From: Macrostomum lignano
Lineage: Eukaryota
Length of the DNA: 64,000 nt
Direction of reading: 5' to 3'
Assembly (NCBI GenBank): GCA_002269645.1
Contig: NIVC01000038.1
Location: 1,054,001 to 1,118,000 of the forward strand
Both the position numbers and the translations under genes were made by a program. Each line of letters begins with the position of its first letter. Within the stretch, counting starts at the first letter, position 1. The notes beneath the pieces are model-generated. The model was not told where the DNA came from, did no database searches, and saw only the letters and a program-made list of their open reading frames with translations. Shown in pieces: positions 47,887-59,419 of the stretch.

Positions 47887-48295
47887 TAGAGGTCGGACAA
47901 GATCCGATCCTGATCCCGAAATCTCAAGATCCCAAGGAAAATTGGATTCCTGCGGGACTAGAATCCCGACCCTAAAAAACACGAGAAACGGGAACAGGTC
48001 TTTTGATTAAAATTTATAGAATTAGTGATTACTTGTACTCATTACATTGTTTTACCTTGTACTCATTACATTATTAATTTGCTGGTTACAAAACTTTGCA
48101 TCAATTTTGTTGTATTTTACTTTTTGATCTTGATATTTTTAGCTCAATTTTTTTAACTTTATATGGACCTACAAGCTACAATACACTAAAAGACCTAATC
48201 TCGATTCCCAAATCCCGATCCCGATTCCAATCTCGAAAAAAAAATTATTCCTGATCCCAATCCCACCTGAAGATTTCAATCCTGTCTGACTTCTA
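47887..48295. mobile_element. hAT-type MITE, 409 bp
   Basis: TIR TAGAGGTCGGACAAGAT / TAGAAGTCAGACAGGAT; 8-bp TSD CTTGTCAT / CTTGTCGT; internal GATCCC repeats. Confidence 0.85.
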
Positions 48296-49619
48296 CTTGT
48301 CGTCGGCGTGCTTTTGGGAATTAGCTTTGGGTCGTTTCTCGCGTGCACTTAGCATGATCCACACATTGGTATGGCAGATATTATTAGCATTTGATAGAAT
48401 GACCAAAATTCATAATCCTAGTAGAATACAATAGGCTAGGCATAAAATCTCAAAAAATAATATATTTTTATTTTAATTTTAAATTGCAAAATTATTGAAT
48501 TTATTTTATATAAATATTACTATCAGTCATTTTGAATTAGCATACTTTTATCTATCAAATTCCAAATGGATTTGTCTATTAGTATTAATGTCATTATTGA
48601 CAATAAATTAAATATCAACTTTTTATAACTTTACTTTAGACAAGTACAAAAGCTTGTCTATTGACATTGTAAAAGGAAGGATAGTGTTACTTCAGAATTG
48701 AATCAAAACTATGCTTACCTTACTAAGTTGTTGTCCTTACAAGTTACAACTTACAAGTTAGGGGCCTACATTTCATTTTTTATTTCCTTATTACTATTTA
48801 AGCATAGCTGCTTGAAACTAATGAGCTAGCGGTTCCAGCCACGGAATTGGAACAAATTTTGGAATTTCCAGGTTCCAAGAATCCTAGGGACCTAGACAGT
48901 CGTTTCGATGATAAGTGAAGTGGGGATGGCTGACCGGATGACCCGATTTTCAGTTGTAAGAAGTAAGAAGTAGTAAGAATTTGGCACAGGCAATTAGCCT
49001 GTTTGGCCAATATATTATAGAGCAATGTATTTGGAAAAAAATTCGAAATGGAAGTTTAAAACGACGATTCGACGAAGTGTTATTGTAAAGGATAAACTAT
49101 TTGAAAGCGCGCCAGAATATTTTTACGGTATTTTTGGACGAAAAGTGACGACTAACAACTAACAACGAGTATAAATATTAGTACAAAAATGAGTACGAAT
49201 TACGAGGTATAGCTTTGATTACGAGATTACGCGATAAGGAGCGAATGAAGTTTGGACGTAAAGTCCAAAAGAAAAAATAACTATTTTATGCCAATATATC
49301 AAAGCATATATAACCGTAATTACAATAGCAGTTCTCAGTTCAGTTCCGAAATGTAAATTATTTCATTCCGGATTGCCTCTAAATAGTTAGTGTATAGACA
49401 AAGTAAAAACTTTTGTGCTACAATTGCACCAATAAAAAAAATATAAAAACCTTGTCCTATATAGAATTATACTTTTTAATGAATAATTTACATTTCTTTG
49501 TACTATTTGTATTAGTCACTAGCGTGCATATGAAATTATGCACGAATATGAAATTCAAAAGCACATGCTTTCGAAGTCCTGTTGAAAAGACACTAGGGTA
49601 AAGAAAGTTTCCTTACACA

Positions 49620-50330
49620 CCTCTTTTTAATATATCGTACAGGGCCTCGGTCCCGACGCTCTCGTCAGCTCGAAAGGCCGCGCGGAGCAGCCCTGAGTGC
49701 GCCGAGAGTCCAGCTGCCGCTCTAGAGTAGTCGTCAGTGTCCACTTCTCGGCGTTGTAGAGCAGAATGGTTTCGACCACCGCCTGCCACAGCCGAGCCCT
49801 CTGGTGGTCGGGCAGCGCTTCGGACTGGACGTCGGCCCGGTTCGAACGGAAGGTCGCCCAGGCAAGTCCTCGGCGCCGCCGGATCAAAGTCTTCGTCCAC
49901 GTGAGGCACCAGACCACCGAGTAGGTGAACCGCTGGTAGCGTGCGCGCGAGCGTGGTCGTCTGCCCGTCTGCGAAGCGACATGTCCGGTCCGCTGGAATA
50001 TCGGCCGGCACAGTCAGCACATCAGTTTTCAGCGTGTTGACAACCAGTCCGACGCTCGATGCCACCTCGACCAACCTGTCGATCTGACGCTGGGCGCCTT
50101 CAACGGACGAGGACAGGAGGGCGAGGTCGTCGGCGTAGCCAAGCACGCTGCATTTATAAGGCGCTTTTCGCCGTGGCGGCGACCGATGCGTCTGCGCAGC
50201 GCAGCAAGCCGTCGTTAGCCGAGGAGACTGCGGTCCGAAGCACCCAGTCCAGCAGCAGCACGAAGAGAAACGGCGCCAAAGTGTCGCCCTGCAGAACTCC
50301 TGATGAAGTGTCGAACTGATGATGATTTAC
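49620..50330 (-). mobile_element. RTE-like LINE reverse transcriptase fragment
   Basis: GVLQGDTLAPFLF, LGYADDLALL and ILLYNAEKWTLT; frameshifted. Confidence 0.85.
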
Positions 50331-50954
50331 ATGTATGTAATCGCCCCAGTGAACCGTCTTCTCATGGGAGAAGGATCAGATCGTATGACTATAGGGATGG
50401 CTGCCAGCCGTCTATGACCAGGCTATGACCGACAGATCGCCTTCAGGTTTAGTTTTAATTAGCTTAGCTTTTTGGTGGTGTTATTTTAGAGACCTGAGGG
50501 ACAAGGACCCACATGTGCCCCATCGATAGCTAATGTGCAAATTTGGTCATCGGGTTATATAATTGCATGACCCACGGCTGTCACCACTCTGTGTGACCTG
50601 GTGCCAGAGCCCCGCCTGGGATGGGTATCAAGGGTTTGAGCGAGCAGGGAGCAGCATGCAGCCGAATAATGGGACTCTGCTTGGGCACAAATCGGGAACT
50701 CCAGGATCATTACTGAAGGATTTTTATCAGGGGATCCTTTTAAGGCATGACATACGGTTCAGATTGCAAAGAGTTGCGTATAGAGAACACGTAACAGCTA
50801 TACATGTACATGTAGTTTGGATTGATCAATGGGTTCGGGCCTGGCCGCCTCATATGAAAGGTTCTCCTCCACATGGAGCACCAGACCGCTGGTGTGATAA
50901 ACCACTGCTGGCAGCGTGCGTCTGCGCCATAGCATGTTTTTTAGGTCCCCTGTG

Positions 50955-51115
50955 ACGTCAGCAGACACAGTCAGCATCTCGGTCTTCCATTATGCTGACA
51001 ACGCTTGAATCCACCTCTCTGTGCTTTCAACAGACGAGGAAAAGAGGTTGAGGTCGCCAGCGCTGCCAAACAAGCTCAGGTGTTTTTTTGCCGCTGTGGC
51101 GAACGATGCGTCTCC
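50955..51115 (-). mobile_element. second, more decayed fragment of the same LINE RT
   Basis: RRIVRHSGKKHLSLFGSAGDLNLFSSSVE...KTEMLTVSAD aligns with the translation of 50000-50190. Confidence 0.6.
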
Positions 51116-51258
51116 ACAACAGATAAAAAAGCACGAAGAAATCCCTCCATTTCAGCATTCGAGGTATGCCATGAAGCTCACAGATGTTCAATTGAAAAGA
51201 TATTTTTGGTGTAAAGTCTACTCAGATGTTATATTGCAAAAATGCTTTTAGTTTAATT

Positions 51259-51429
51259 TTAGAAAGCCCAAGATAAGGCTATATCAGCACCCCAATTACT
51301 CGTATCAGGGCCGCCGTTTTCTACGTCTAGGGGGATTATGTGTTCGGGTATATCACCGTCGAAGGCGGCTAATTCTTCAGCTGGGCGGTTGTTGTCCCAG
51401 AGGGTGGATAGAGCTCGGCGGCGAGACAT
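51259..51429 (-). CDS. short ORF (56 aa), probably a truncated gene with its own TATA
   Basis: Minus-strand CTATATAAC at 51499-51507, then ATG 51429 (MSRRRALSTLWD...). Confidence 0.3.
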   Translation of the reverse strand: MSRRRALSTLWDNNRPAEELAAFDGDIPEHIIPLDVENGGPDTSNWGADIALSWAF

Positions 51430-51541
51430 GTTGGAATCAGCAGACTATAGTATCAGGGCTAGGATTAGGGTTTGGCTCTCTAGAGGCTGGATAGATTAGT
51501 TATATAGGGAGCCCCGCGGGGTGGCGCGAGCCAATAGGGAA

Positions 51542-52090
51542 CTACCAGCGCTGACTCTCGTCAAACAGATTTTCCCAGGGCGGGGATTGGTAGGGTTTGA
51601 GACCCACAACCTGGAGAACGTCCTGGAGATTTTCTTCCTCCTCCTCAGTCCTGGCTACCGGAGAGGTCTCGGTCCTGGCTCGCTTGGCTAGCGGCGGGGC
51701 CTTGGGTTTGAAGAGCTTGCCCAAACGGGCGGCAAACATCCGGTGCCACAGTTCAGGCGTGAATTCAATTGTGTAGCGCTAATTGAACTTTGGATCCCGA
51801 TTAAGCCAATTGCGCCGCAAACGAATCCTCCCCTGTGAAGCTTCTGCCGCCTTGAAGTTGCCCAACACGACTCTCTTGTCCACGTGAAGACGTGCCGCAG
51901 CCTCCAGGTCAGGGCGTGCAGCTTCGAGCTTCTTCCACTCGACCTCGCTTAAATAGATTGCTGGGAAGCCGTCCTTCCACACTCCAGCTTCGTCGGTGTA
52001 GAGCCGACGGATTTCAATTAAGTCATGTTCCGTTTCAAATGTGGGCTTCCGCGCCACAAAGTTTTCGTATAGAGCGATAGAAGAAGACAT
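51542..52090 (-). pseudogene. PC4/Sub1-like ssDNA-binding protein, possibly two tandem domains; one internal TAG at 51779-51781
   Basis: LIEIRRLYTDEAGVWKDGFPAIYLSEVEWKKL matches the PC4 pattern LIDIR..D..G..K.G...I.L...W..L. TATATAAA at 52135-52142 and a TCAGA initiator upstream. Confidence 0.65.
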
Positions 52091-52608
52091 GATTAGCAGC
52101 AGCAGCAGAGAGCTCTCTGATAGCCGCGCAGCGCTTTATATACCCCCAGATGGAGGGTGGGAGGGTGTGATTTTGGGGTGATTTTGAGTGATTCTGGTTG
52201 GTTTTTTGGTGATTTGGCCAATAATAGACGAGCTAAGCAAGTTTTTAGTATATACTAGCAATCTAGCGCCCCCCTTCGGGGTGGCCAATAAGCAAGGGAC
52301 GAATCCTTTAAAATGAAAAAAAATTCTTAGGGAGGGGGGCTAGGAATCGAATTCTCATTTTAATTCCAGGCTTATGTACCAATAAAACATGCTTGTGCAG
52401 AATTTTATAACAGACATTGAAATTCAACAATACTTGCCTTCTTTCAGAGCTACTTCTACCAGTATGCTTCAGTACGCTACCAGTACCCTTGTAAGCCTTG
52501 ACATGTCAGTAATCCCCCCCACAAGCCTTAAAATATCAACTCCCCCCTTGACGTCTCAGCGATGCTCCCATAAGCCTTGAAATCTTAAAAAATCTGTCTA
52601 CTTTCTAA

Positions 52609-52638
52609 CCCTAACCCTAACCCTAACCCTAACCCTAA
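52609..52638 (-). repeat. (TTAGGG)5 telomere-like tract
   Basis: CCCTAA x5. Confidence 0.9.
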
Positions 52639-53469
52639 AGCATTGAAATTTCAGTAATTCTCTCTAAGAGTCATTATAGCACTACTACAGCATTATAGCG
52701 ATTCCCTGCAAGCCTCGACATCGTAGGGATTCCCAAATGAATCTCTTAACTTCGACATGAAGCTTCTTTTATTTTTTACATTACGCCTTTTCTATCAGCG
52801 ATCCCTCCCGTGAGGAGCCAACAAATAATGTAATAACTTTTTTCCAATAAACTACATGCAGCTTCTGACATTAGCCTTGACATCTCATTTATTCCCCCGT
52901 GAGCCTTGACATCTCAGCTATAGATAGATAGATAGATAGATTCCCCTCGTAAGCCTTGACATGTCAGCGATGCCCCCATAAACCTTGATATCTGAAAAAT
53001 CCCCTGTTAACCTTGAAACCCGCTAAAATCTAACCCTCAACCCAAACCTGACGTAAACCTAACTTTAACCCAACCTAAAGCCTTGAAATCACAGCAATTC
53101 TTCTTCCCTAAGCCTTGGCATTTAAATGATTCCTTCTTTAAGAATCACAGCACTATAACGATTCCCTCCAAGCTTTGACATCGTAGCAATTCCCAAATGA
53201 ATCTTTTAACTTTGACATGACTTTTATTTTATGTATACATAGTGCTTCTTTTCTTTTTTACATGACTCTTCTTCTATCAGCGCCCCCCCCCGTGGCGAGC
53301 CAACAAAGAATGCAATAAAAAAACTTAAGTAAAGTACATGAACTTGAAGTAGCTTCTGACTTTTGCTTTAACATCTCAGAAACCCCCCTGTAATCTCAGT
53401 TATTCTCTGTGAGCCTTGACGTCTCAGTAATTCTCCCCAACACAGCACTATAGCTTCATTTAATTTTTA

Positions 53470-55255
53470 TATGACACTTCTTTCATGTCTGACATGACGC
53501 TTCTTTTGATTTTTACATGACGATTCTTTTATTCTTCCATGATGCTTCTTAATTTTTTAAATGACACTTTCATTAGTTTTTATATGAGGCTTCTATGATT
53601 TTTTCATGACGCTTCTATGTTAACATGACTCTTCTATGCTTGTTTACATGACGCTTTTATGATTGTTTACATGACGCTTCTATGATTGTTTACATGACGC
53701 TTGTATGATTGTTTACATGACGCTTCTATGATTTTTTACATGACGCTTCTATGATTTTTACATGACGCTTCTATGATTTTTACATGACACTTCTATGATT
53801 TTTTCATGACGCTTCTATGATTTTTACATGACGCTTCTATGATTGTTTACATGACGCTTCTATGATTTTTTATGACGCTTGTATGATTGTTTACATGACG
53901 CTTCTATGATTTTTTATGACGCTTGTATGATTGTTTACATGACGCTTCTATGATTTTTTATGACGCTTGTATGATTGTTTACATGACGCTTCTATGATTG
54001 TTTACATGACGCTTCTATGATTTTTTATGACGCTTTTATGATTGTTTACATGACGCTTCTATGATTGTTTACATGACGCTTCTATGATTGTTTACATGAC
54101 GCTTCTATGATTTTTTATGACGCTTTTGTGATTGTTTACATGACGCTTGTATGATTGTTTACATGACGCTTCTATGATTTTTACATGACGCTTCTATGAT
54201 TTTTACATGACGCTTCTATGATTTTTTACATGACGCTGGTATGATTGTTTACATGACGCTTTTATGATTGTTTACATGACGCTTCTATGATTTTTACATG
54301 ACGCTTCTATGATTTTTACATGACGCTTCTATGATTTTTACATGACGCTTCTATGATTGTTTACATGACGCTTGTATGATTGTTTACATGACGCTTCTAT
54401 GATTTTTTTATGACGCTTTTATGATTTTAACATGACGCTTCTATGATTTTTTTACATGACGCTTCTATGATTGTTTACATGACGCTTGTATGATTGTTTA
54501 CATGACGCTTGTATGATTTTAACATGACGCTTCTATGATTGTTTACATTACGCTTCTATGATTGCTTGCATGACGCTTCTATGATTTTTTATGACGCTTT
54601 TATGATCTTAACATGACGCTTCTATGATTTTTTTACATGACGCTTCTATGATTGTTTACATGACACTTGTATGATTGTTTACATGACGCTTCTATGATTT
54701 TTACATGACGCTTCTATGATTTTTACATGACGCTTCTATGATTTTTTACATGACGCTTGTATGATTGTTTACATGACGCTTTTATGATTGTTTACATGAC
54801 GCTTCTATGATTTTTACATGACGCTTCTATGATTTTTACATGACGCTTCTATGATTTTTACATGACGCTTCTATGATTGTTTACATGACGCTTGTATGAT
54901 TGTTTACATGACGCTTCTATGATTTTTTTATGACGCTTTTATGATTTTTACATGACGCTTCTATGATTTTTTTACATGACGCTTCTATGATTGTTTACAT
55001 GACGCTTGTATGATTGTTTACATGACGCTTGTATGATTTTAACATGACGCTTCTATGATTGTTTACATTACGCTTCTATGATTGCTTGCATGACGCTTCT
55101 ATGATTTTTTATGACGCTTTTATGATTTTAACATGACGCTTTTATGATTTTAACATGACGCTTCTATGATTGTTTACATTACGCTTCTATGATTGCTTGC
55201 ATGACGCTTCTATGATTTTTTACATAACGATTCTATGATTTTTTACATTACGCTT
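53470..55255. repeat. satellite array 1, 21-24-bp unit ATGACGCTTCTATGATT(G/T)TTTAC
   Basis: About 75-80 units, with a 520-bp higher-order duplication. Confidence 0.95.
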
Positions 55256-55316
55256 CCATAATTTTTTTTGTCTTGGCGTTAAAAAGCTTTAATTAAAAAA
55301 AACTCTACTCTCTAAA

Positions 55317-55376
55317 AATTCGAACCATCGTCCCTGCATTTAGCAGTTTAGTCTGTTTACCTCTAGGCTAGCTCTC
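55317..55376 (-). ncRNA. tRNA-derived A/B-box module, copy 1 (decayed)
   Basis: Homologous to 58285-58343; minus strand reads TAGCCTAGAG...CTGCTAA...GGTTCGAAT. Confidence 0.6.
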
Positions 55377-55419
55377 ATAAATTTTAGTCATTACCCCTAA
55401 ATAGAAAATATTCCCAAGA

Positions 55420-55690
55420 CAGCAAGCATCCCCCCAGTAGCAAGCATCCCCTAATACTCCTAGCAAGCATCTACCCAGATAGCAAGCATCTGCAGATAGC
55501 AAGCATCTGCAGATAGCAAGCATCTGCAGATAGCAAGCATCTTGCAGATAGCAAGCATACCCCAAATAATGTAGAAGCATCCTTCCAGATAGCAAGCATC
55601 CCCCAAATAATGTAGAAGCATCCTTCCAGATAGCAAGCATCCTGCACATAGCAAGAATCCCTAAATAGCAAGCATCCCTGGATAGAAATA
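55420..55690. repeat. 17-bp GATAGCAAGCATC(TGCA) array
   Basis: Tandem units; homologous to 58985-59360. Confidence 0.9.
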
Positions 55691-55719
55691 ATCCTATACA
55701 TGTAGCCAAGCTTATCAAG

Positions 55720-58205
55720 CGCAGTAATCCTTGGCTATCGAGTGCAGTAATTCTTGGTTTGCCAAGTGCAGTAAGTAATCCTTGGTTTATTAATAGCAAT
55801 AATCTATGGCTTATCGAGTGCAGTAATCCTTGGTTTATTAATAGCAATAATCCATGGCTTATCGAGTGCAGTAATCCTTGGTTTATTAATAGCAATAATC
55901 CATGGCTTATCGAGTGCAGTAATTCTTGGTTTGCCAAGTGCAGTAAGTAATCCTTGGTTTATTAATAGCGATAATCCATGGCTTATCGAGTGCAGTAATC
56001 CTTGGTTTATTAATAGCAATAATCCTTGGCTTATCGAGTGCAGTAATCCTTGGTTCGGGTTGCATTAATCCTTGGTTTATTAATAGCAATAGTCCTTGGC
56101 TTATCGAGTGCATTAATCCTTGGTTTATTAATAGCAATAGTCCTTGGCTTATCGAGGGCAGTAATCCTTGGTTTATTAATAGCAATAATCCTTGATAAAT
56201 CAAGTGCAGTAATCCTTGGTTTATTAATAGCAATAATCCTTGATAAATCAAGTGCAGTAATCCTTGGTTTATTAATAGCAATAGTCCTTGGCTTATCGAG
56301 TACAGTAATCCTTGGTTTGCCAAGTGCAGTAATCCTTGGTTTATTAATAGCAATAATCCTTGGCTTATCGAGTGCAGTAATCCTTGGTTTATTAATAGCA
56401 ATAATCCTTGGCTTATCGAGTGCAGTAATCCTTGGTTTGCCAAGTGCAGTAATCCTTGGTTTATTAATAGCAATAATCCTTGGCTTATCGAGTGCAGTAA
56501 TCCTTGGTTTATTAATAGCAATAATCCTTGTCTTCTTGAGTGCAGTAATCCTTGGTTTGCCAAGTGCAGTAATCCTTGGTTTATTAATAGCAATAATCCT
56601 TGGCTTATCGAGTGCAGTAATCCTTGGTTTATTAATAGCAATAATCCTTGGCTTACCGAGTGCAGTAATCGTTGGTTTGCCAAGAGCAATAGTCCTTGGT
56701 TTATTGAGTGCAGTAATCCTTGGTTTATTAATAGCAATAATCCTTGGCTTATCGAGTGCAGTAATCCTTGGTTTGCCAAGTGCAGTAATCCTTGGTTTAT
56801 TAATAGCAATAATCCTTGGCTTATCGAGTGCAGTAATCCTTGGTTTATTAATAGCAATAATCCTTGATTAATAAAGTGCATTAATCCTTGGTTTATTAAT
56901 AGCAATAATCCTTGGCTTATCGAGTGCAGTAATCCTTGGTTTATTAATAGCAATAATCCTTGATTAATAAAGTGCATTAATCCTTGGTTTATTAATAGCA
57001 ATAATCCTTGGCTTCTTGAGTGCAGTAATCCTTGGTTTATTAATAGCAATAATCCTTGGCTTATTGAGTGCAGTAATCCTTGGTTTGCCAGGAGCAATAG
57101 TCCTTGGTTTATCGAGTGCAGTAATCCTTGGTTTATTAATAGCAATAATCCTTGATTAATCAAGTGCATTAATCCTTGGTTTATTAATAGCAATAATCCT
57201 TGGCTTATTGAGTGCAGTAATCCTTGGTTTATTAATAGCAATAATCCTTGATAAATCAAGTGCAGTAATCCATGGTTTATTAATAGCAATAATCCTTGAT
57301 AAATCAAGTGCAGTAATCCTTGGTTTATTAATAGCAATAGTCCTTGGCTTATCGAGTGCAGTAATCCTTGGTTTGCCAAGTGCAGTAATCCTTGGTTTAT
57401 TAATAGCAAGAATCCTTGGCTTATCGAGTGCAGTAATCCTTGGTTTGCCAAGTGCAGTAATCCTTGGTTTATTAATAGCAATAATCCTTGGCTTATCGAG
57501 TGCAGTAATCCTTGGTTTATTAATAGCAATAATCCTTAGCTTATTGAGTGCAGTAATCCTTGGTTTGCCAGGAGCAATAGTCCTTGGTTTATCGAGTGCA
57601 GTAATCCTTGGTTTATTAATAGCAATAATCCTTGATTAATCAAGTGCATTAATCCTTGTTTTATCAATAGCAATAATCCTTGTCTTCTTGAGTGCAGTAA
57701 TCCTTGGTTTATTAATAGCAATAATCCTTGGCTTATCGAGTGCAGTAATCGTTGGTTTGCCAAGAGCAATAGTCCTTGGTTTATTAAGTGCAGTAATCCT
57801 TGTTTTATTAATAGCAATAATCCTTGGCTTATCGAGTGCAGTAATCCTTGGTTTGCCAAGTGCAGTAATCCTTGGTTTATTAATAGCAATAATCCTTGGC
57901 TTATCGAGTGCAGTAATCCTTGGTTTATTAATAGCAATAATCCTTGATTAATAAAGTGCATTAATCCTTGGTTTATTAATAGCAATAATCCTTGGCTTAT
58001 TGAGTGCAGTAATCCTTGGTTTGCCAGGAGCAATAGTCCTTGGTTTATCGAGTGCAGTAATCCTTGGTTTATTAATAGCAATAATCCTTGATTAATCAAG
58101 TGCATTAATACTTGGTTTATTAATAGCAATAATCCTTGGCTTATTAAGTGCAGTAATCCTTGGTTTATTAATAGCAATAATCCTTGGCTTATGGAGTGCA
58201 GTAAT
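55720..58205. repeat. satellite array 2, 24-bp subunits (AGTGCAGTAATCCTTGGTTTATTA / ATAGCAATAATCCTTGGCTTATCG)
   Basis: Alternating 24-mers forming 48/72-bp patterns. Confidence 0.95.
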
Positions 58206-58284
58206 CTAAGTGTTTTTATTTAGCTTTTAATAAAAATTTTTACACTACTACTTTTCAGACACTAATCTACTAATCATACACTTA

Positions 58285-58343
58285 GATTCGAACCCAGGTT
58301 GCTGCATTAGCAGTCTGGTCTGTTCAGCTCTAGGCTAGCTCTC
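58285..58343 (-). ncRNA. tRNA-derived A/B-box module, copy 2
   Basis: GAGAGCTAGCCTAGAG...GACTGCTAATGCAG...CTGGGTTCGAATC; acceptor stem not paired. Confidence 0.7.
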
Positions 58344-58984
58344 ATCGAAGTTATCAGTGAATTTGTACCACTTAAATAGTTCAACACTCACACAAAGTCA
58401 GGTAGAGTAAAAAGTCACGAAGCAGTTATGAGTTATGACATAATCAATTTCTTAGGCAAGTCAGTACCAGTCTCTATAAAAGTTAACAATATGGTTACGC
58501 AATATAAATTGAGTACTGTGCTATGCTTTCACACTCAACGCTGTGACGCAATTCAATTGAGTGTCTTGTGTATTGTGATGCAATCTATTTTAGAATCAGA
58601 ATTCAACCAGTCAGTTTTTCTGCTAGCATTCTTACAATGCATTTCAATGCTTGACCTTTGCAAAAAAGCATGTTTTTCGAATATTTAATCCCTTTAACAT
58701 TGAGCAATTTCTTAGCCAAGATGCATGTACCGTCACGGAAAAATTTCTGATCGAACAGTGCAAGTTCGAAGAAAATCGGTCCAGCCATTCAGGAGAAAAT
58801 CGATTTCGTACAAGCAAGCAAGCAAGATTTTCATTTTTAGTATATGGACTAGCAATCTTCGCCCCCCGATGGGGGACATCTGGATAGAACTTCTGTTCTC
58901 TACAAATAAAAAAAACCCGCCAAATAGAGTCTTCACAAAGACAATAGAAAAACTGCTCAAATGAAGCGCAATGCAAAAAGAAAA

Positions 58985-59360
58985 CATCCCAAGACAGCAA
59001 ACATCCCCCTCCTCCCAGATAGCAAGCATCCCCAGATAGCAAGCACCCCCAGATAGCAAGCACCCCCAGATAGCAAGCACCCCCAGATAGTAAGCACCCC
59101 CAGATAGCAAGCACCCCCAGATAGCAAGCACCCCCAGATAGCAAGCACCCCCAGATAGCAAGCACCCCCAGATAGCAAGCACCCCAGATAGCAAGCACCC
59201 CCAGATAGCAAGCACCCCCAGATAGCAAGCACCCCCAGATAGCAAGCACCCCCAGATAGCAAGCATCCCTCAGATAGTAAGCACCCCAGATAGAAAGAAC
59301 CCCCAGATAGCAAGCGTCCAATTGATAGCAAGTATCTATCCTTAAATAGCAAGCATCCAC
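58985..59360. repeat. 17-bp GATAGCAAGCACCCCCA array
   Basis: About 17-20 units. Confidence 0.95.
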
Positions 59361-59419
59361 CAGACAAAAAGTATATAGTGCAACATTTCCTTTTAGCTTT
59401 CTAGGGGCTCCTTTATGAT

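Larger units (their letters stand above)
52254..58847 (+). mobile_element. Helitron/Helentron-like non-autonomous cassette H1 carrying satellite arrays
   Basis: 5' ACTAGCAATCT..GCCCCCC hairpin; 3' CAAGTTCGAAGAAAATCGGTCCAGCC...TTTTTAGTATATGG, resembling Lep1/HINE-type ends. Confidence 0.55.

Noticed and set aside
55907-58177. 540-aa and other long Leu/Ile-rich ORFs
   Set aside because: They follow from 24-bp (in-frame) satellite units and are open on both strands; no non-repetitive coding context.
58285-58343. Functional tRNA-Ser(GCU) genes at the array edges
   Set aside because: Acceptor stem does not pair and the long variable arm of tRNA-Ser is missing.
58644-59367. Cys/Trp/Gly repeat proteins
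   Set aside because: Translations of the 17-bp GATAGCAAGCACCCCCA array in all three frames.
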